DNA of 63,490 bases, filler included, from Globobulimina sp. (Eukaryota): NCBI GenBank assembly GCA_003354225.1. It is 45 parts of 45 records of this genome, joined end to end, with 100 filler letters (N's around TTAATTAATTAA, not from the genome) between each part and the next. Parts side by side here need not be neighbours in the genome. Positions count along the whole stretch, not along the records: positions 60,767 to 62,078 come from PIVH01018883.1; positions 62,179 to 63,490 come from PIVH01018884.1; 43 more parts are not named here. One strand, given 5' to 3'. The notes under the pieces are model-generated. The model was not told where the DNA came from. It did not search any database and saw only the letters and a list, made by a program, of their open reading frames with translations. Shown piece by piece: positions 61,777 through 63,490 of this stretch. A program made the translations under genes and the position numbers. The number at the start of each line of letters is the position of its first letter. The stretch's first letter is position 1.

Positions 61777-62440
61777 ATATGAATTACGATATGGACTATA
61801 ATATGTTATTTAAGTTCGATTATTGTTTATTTTACGATATGGATATAGCTCCTGAATTGTATTATTATTTGGGATATGATTATTTGTTTGGTTGAACAAA
61901 TAATAATTTAAATTAAATTAAACAATTTAATATTTTGTCCACATCGATAATTCATAATAAAACCTGTACTCCTGATAAATTTTATGACATATTATATCTT
62001 TGGTGGAATCAACAATTGCACCGTGCGAGTCTCAATAAATTGCAACCAAATCATTTAAATGTACTTAAAAATTATGTANNNNNNNNNNNNNNNNNNNNNN
62101 NNNNNNNNNNNNNNNNNNNNNNTTAATTAATTAANNNNNNNNNNNNNNNNNNNNNNNNNNNNNNNNNNNNNNNNNNNNGTACAATTTATTTCAGTAGTGC
62201 ACGGACTTATAATATAAGCTACATGGCACAAAAATATCACAATTAATATTATCACATATTAAATAAATTTTATAGTTTCAGTGAGATTGTTTCTTTGGGT
62301 TTAAGTTGTGGTTTCGACTTCATTTGCCATTATCGCCATCATTGATGATTCTTCCTGATTCAGGATTCCTCTTGAATTGATATTGACATCCGGTTTGACC
62401 ATCAGCTTTCCGCCGTTGAATTTCTCCAGTTATTATTATT

Positions 62441-63490
62441 TCATTTATTATTGTATCTTGCTTGGTATTCAATTGTTTCTGGTCTATTTTTATAAGCGTC
62501 TTTAATTATATTTCCGCTTATATTTATTATTAATCCTGATGCTACATCACTTAGGATATAGTCGGTTATTAACATCAGGAATTGTATCCGTTCTGTATCA
62601 GTGCATGTATTGTAGTTAGGTTTTAAATGTCCATATATATTATTCGGTAATAATATCCATAATTTTTGTATATTGTTTTCAAATTCATTCAAATAAATAT
62701 TTTGTTCGCATTCCCACATAAGGTGTTCTGCGGTCTCAAGTTTATTTTCATTACATCTAGTGCATGGGCGATTTGCACGATCGTTTAGAAGTAAACATCC
62801 AGCTTTTATTTTCAGCCAGAAGTCTCCTCCAGTTTGAAGATTTAATTTATTATTGATTTTTGGATCCAATTTATCCCGATAATGCACCAGAGATCCTGCA
62901 TTTTCGATGATATTATTGTATTTAACTTTCCAATGGTGATTAATAGTTTCTTTAACTTTATTCGGTTTTGGTATATTGAAAGGATTTATATTGTATTTAT
63001 TGCAACATTTTATAGCGTGTGTTATCCATATTTGTGGATTTTTTCTGTTATTGTATATTTCGATTTGTTCTAATAAAGCAATTTTTACAATATTATCGTT
63101 ATTTAAATTCTGAATATGTGCAAAATAGTTAATCGTTCGTTTATCTGCTTCCATGGACATAGGAATTATTCCAGTTTCTCCATATAAAACCATATTATTC
63201 GTAAATTTCGGTAATCGGGCAATAGTTCTTATGTATTCTCGTTCTTGAATTTCAATTTTTTTAAACGTTTCTTTAGTATAAGATATTGATGCAATTCCGT
63301 GTAATATTTTAGGTATCACGTATGTTTTCCATATTTTTGCCCCATACATGATGGATATAGCAGTGGCCAAAGCTGGTTTGAAACATCTGTAGGCTTCTGT
63401 ACGGGTCATATCGCCTAGTTTAGATTTGTGTTGATTCGTTATATCTTTGTTATTATTACTTAAAGTGATTCCTAAATATTTAGCTTCTTT
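62441..63490 (-). mobile_element. Non-LTR (LINE) ORF2 C-terminus: RT thumb + CCHC zinc finger
   Basis: KYLGI, V.PKILHG, LYGETG, CTRC...ETAEHLMWEC. Confidence 0.9.

Noticed and set aside
1316..62178. Regularly spaced TTAATTAATTAA motif and ORFs ending in X...LIN
   Set aside because: Artificial linkers, not a biological repeat or peptide.
59355..63490. FGE + recombinase + RT as a gene cluster
   Set aside because: Three separate contigs of different origin, adjacent only through size sorting.

Overview
This window is not one locus. It is 45 unrelated, size-sorted contigs (1315 down to 1312 bp) joined by 44 artificial 100-bp linkers (N44-TTAATTAATTAA-N44), so adjacency across linkers has no biological meaning and most genes are truncated. 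Most contigs come from an AT-rich eukaryote using the standard code, with short GT-AG introns (mostly 47-79 bp). The gene families (F-box/LRR, SPRY, TPR, PPR, vWA, Patched, SLC26, EamA) suggest a foraminiferan-like protist; this is inference. Also present: a tRNA-Ala(CGC); retroelement fragments (DIRS-type RT and tyrosine recombinase, Copia, two LINE pieces); many foldback/MITE-like inverted repeats; two bacterial contigs (HisKA/RTX chimera and PEGA-FGE); and a few repeat-rich non-coding contigs that may be animal. No complete novel multi-gene system can be shown on 1.3-kb fragments. The most interesting signals are an array of GNA-triloop mini-hairpins (7511-7920), a circular or tandem 1258-bp unit (32514-33826), a 34-bp intronic helix that buries a 5' splice site (30395-30509), a DIRS RT with HVDD, and a LINE fragment with two successive APE endonuclease domains.
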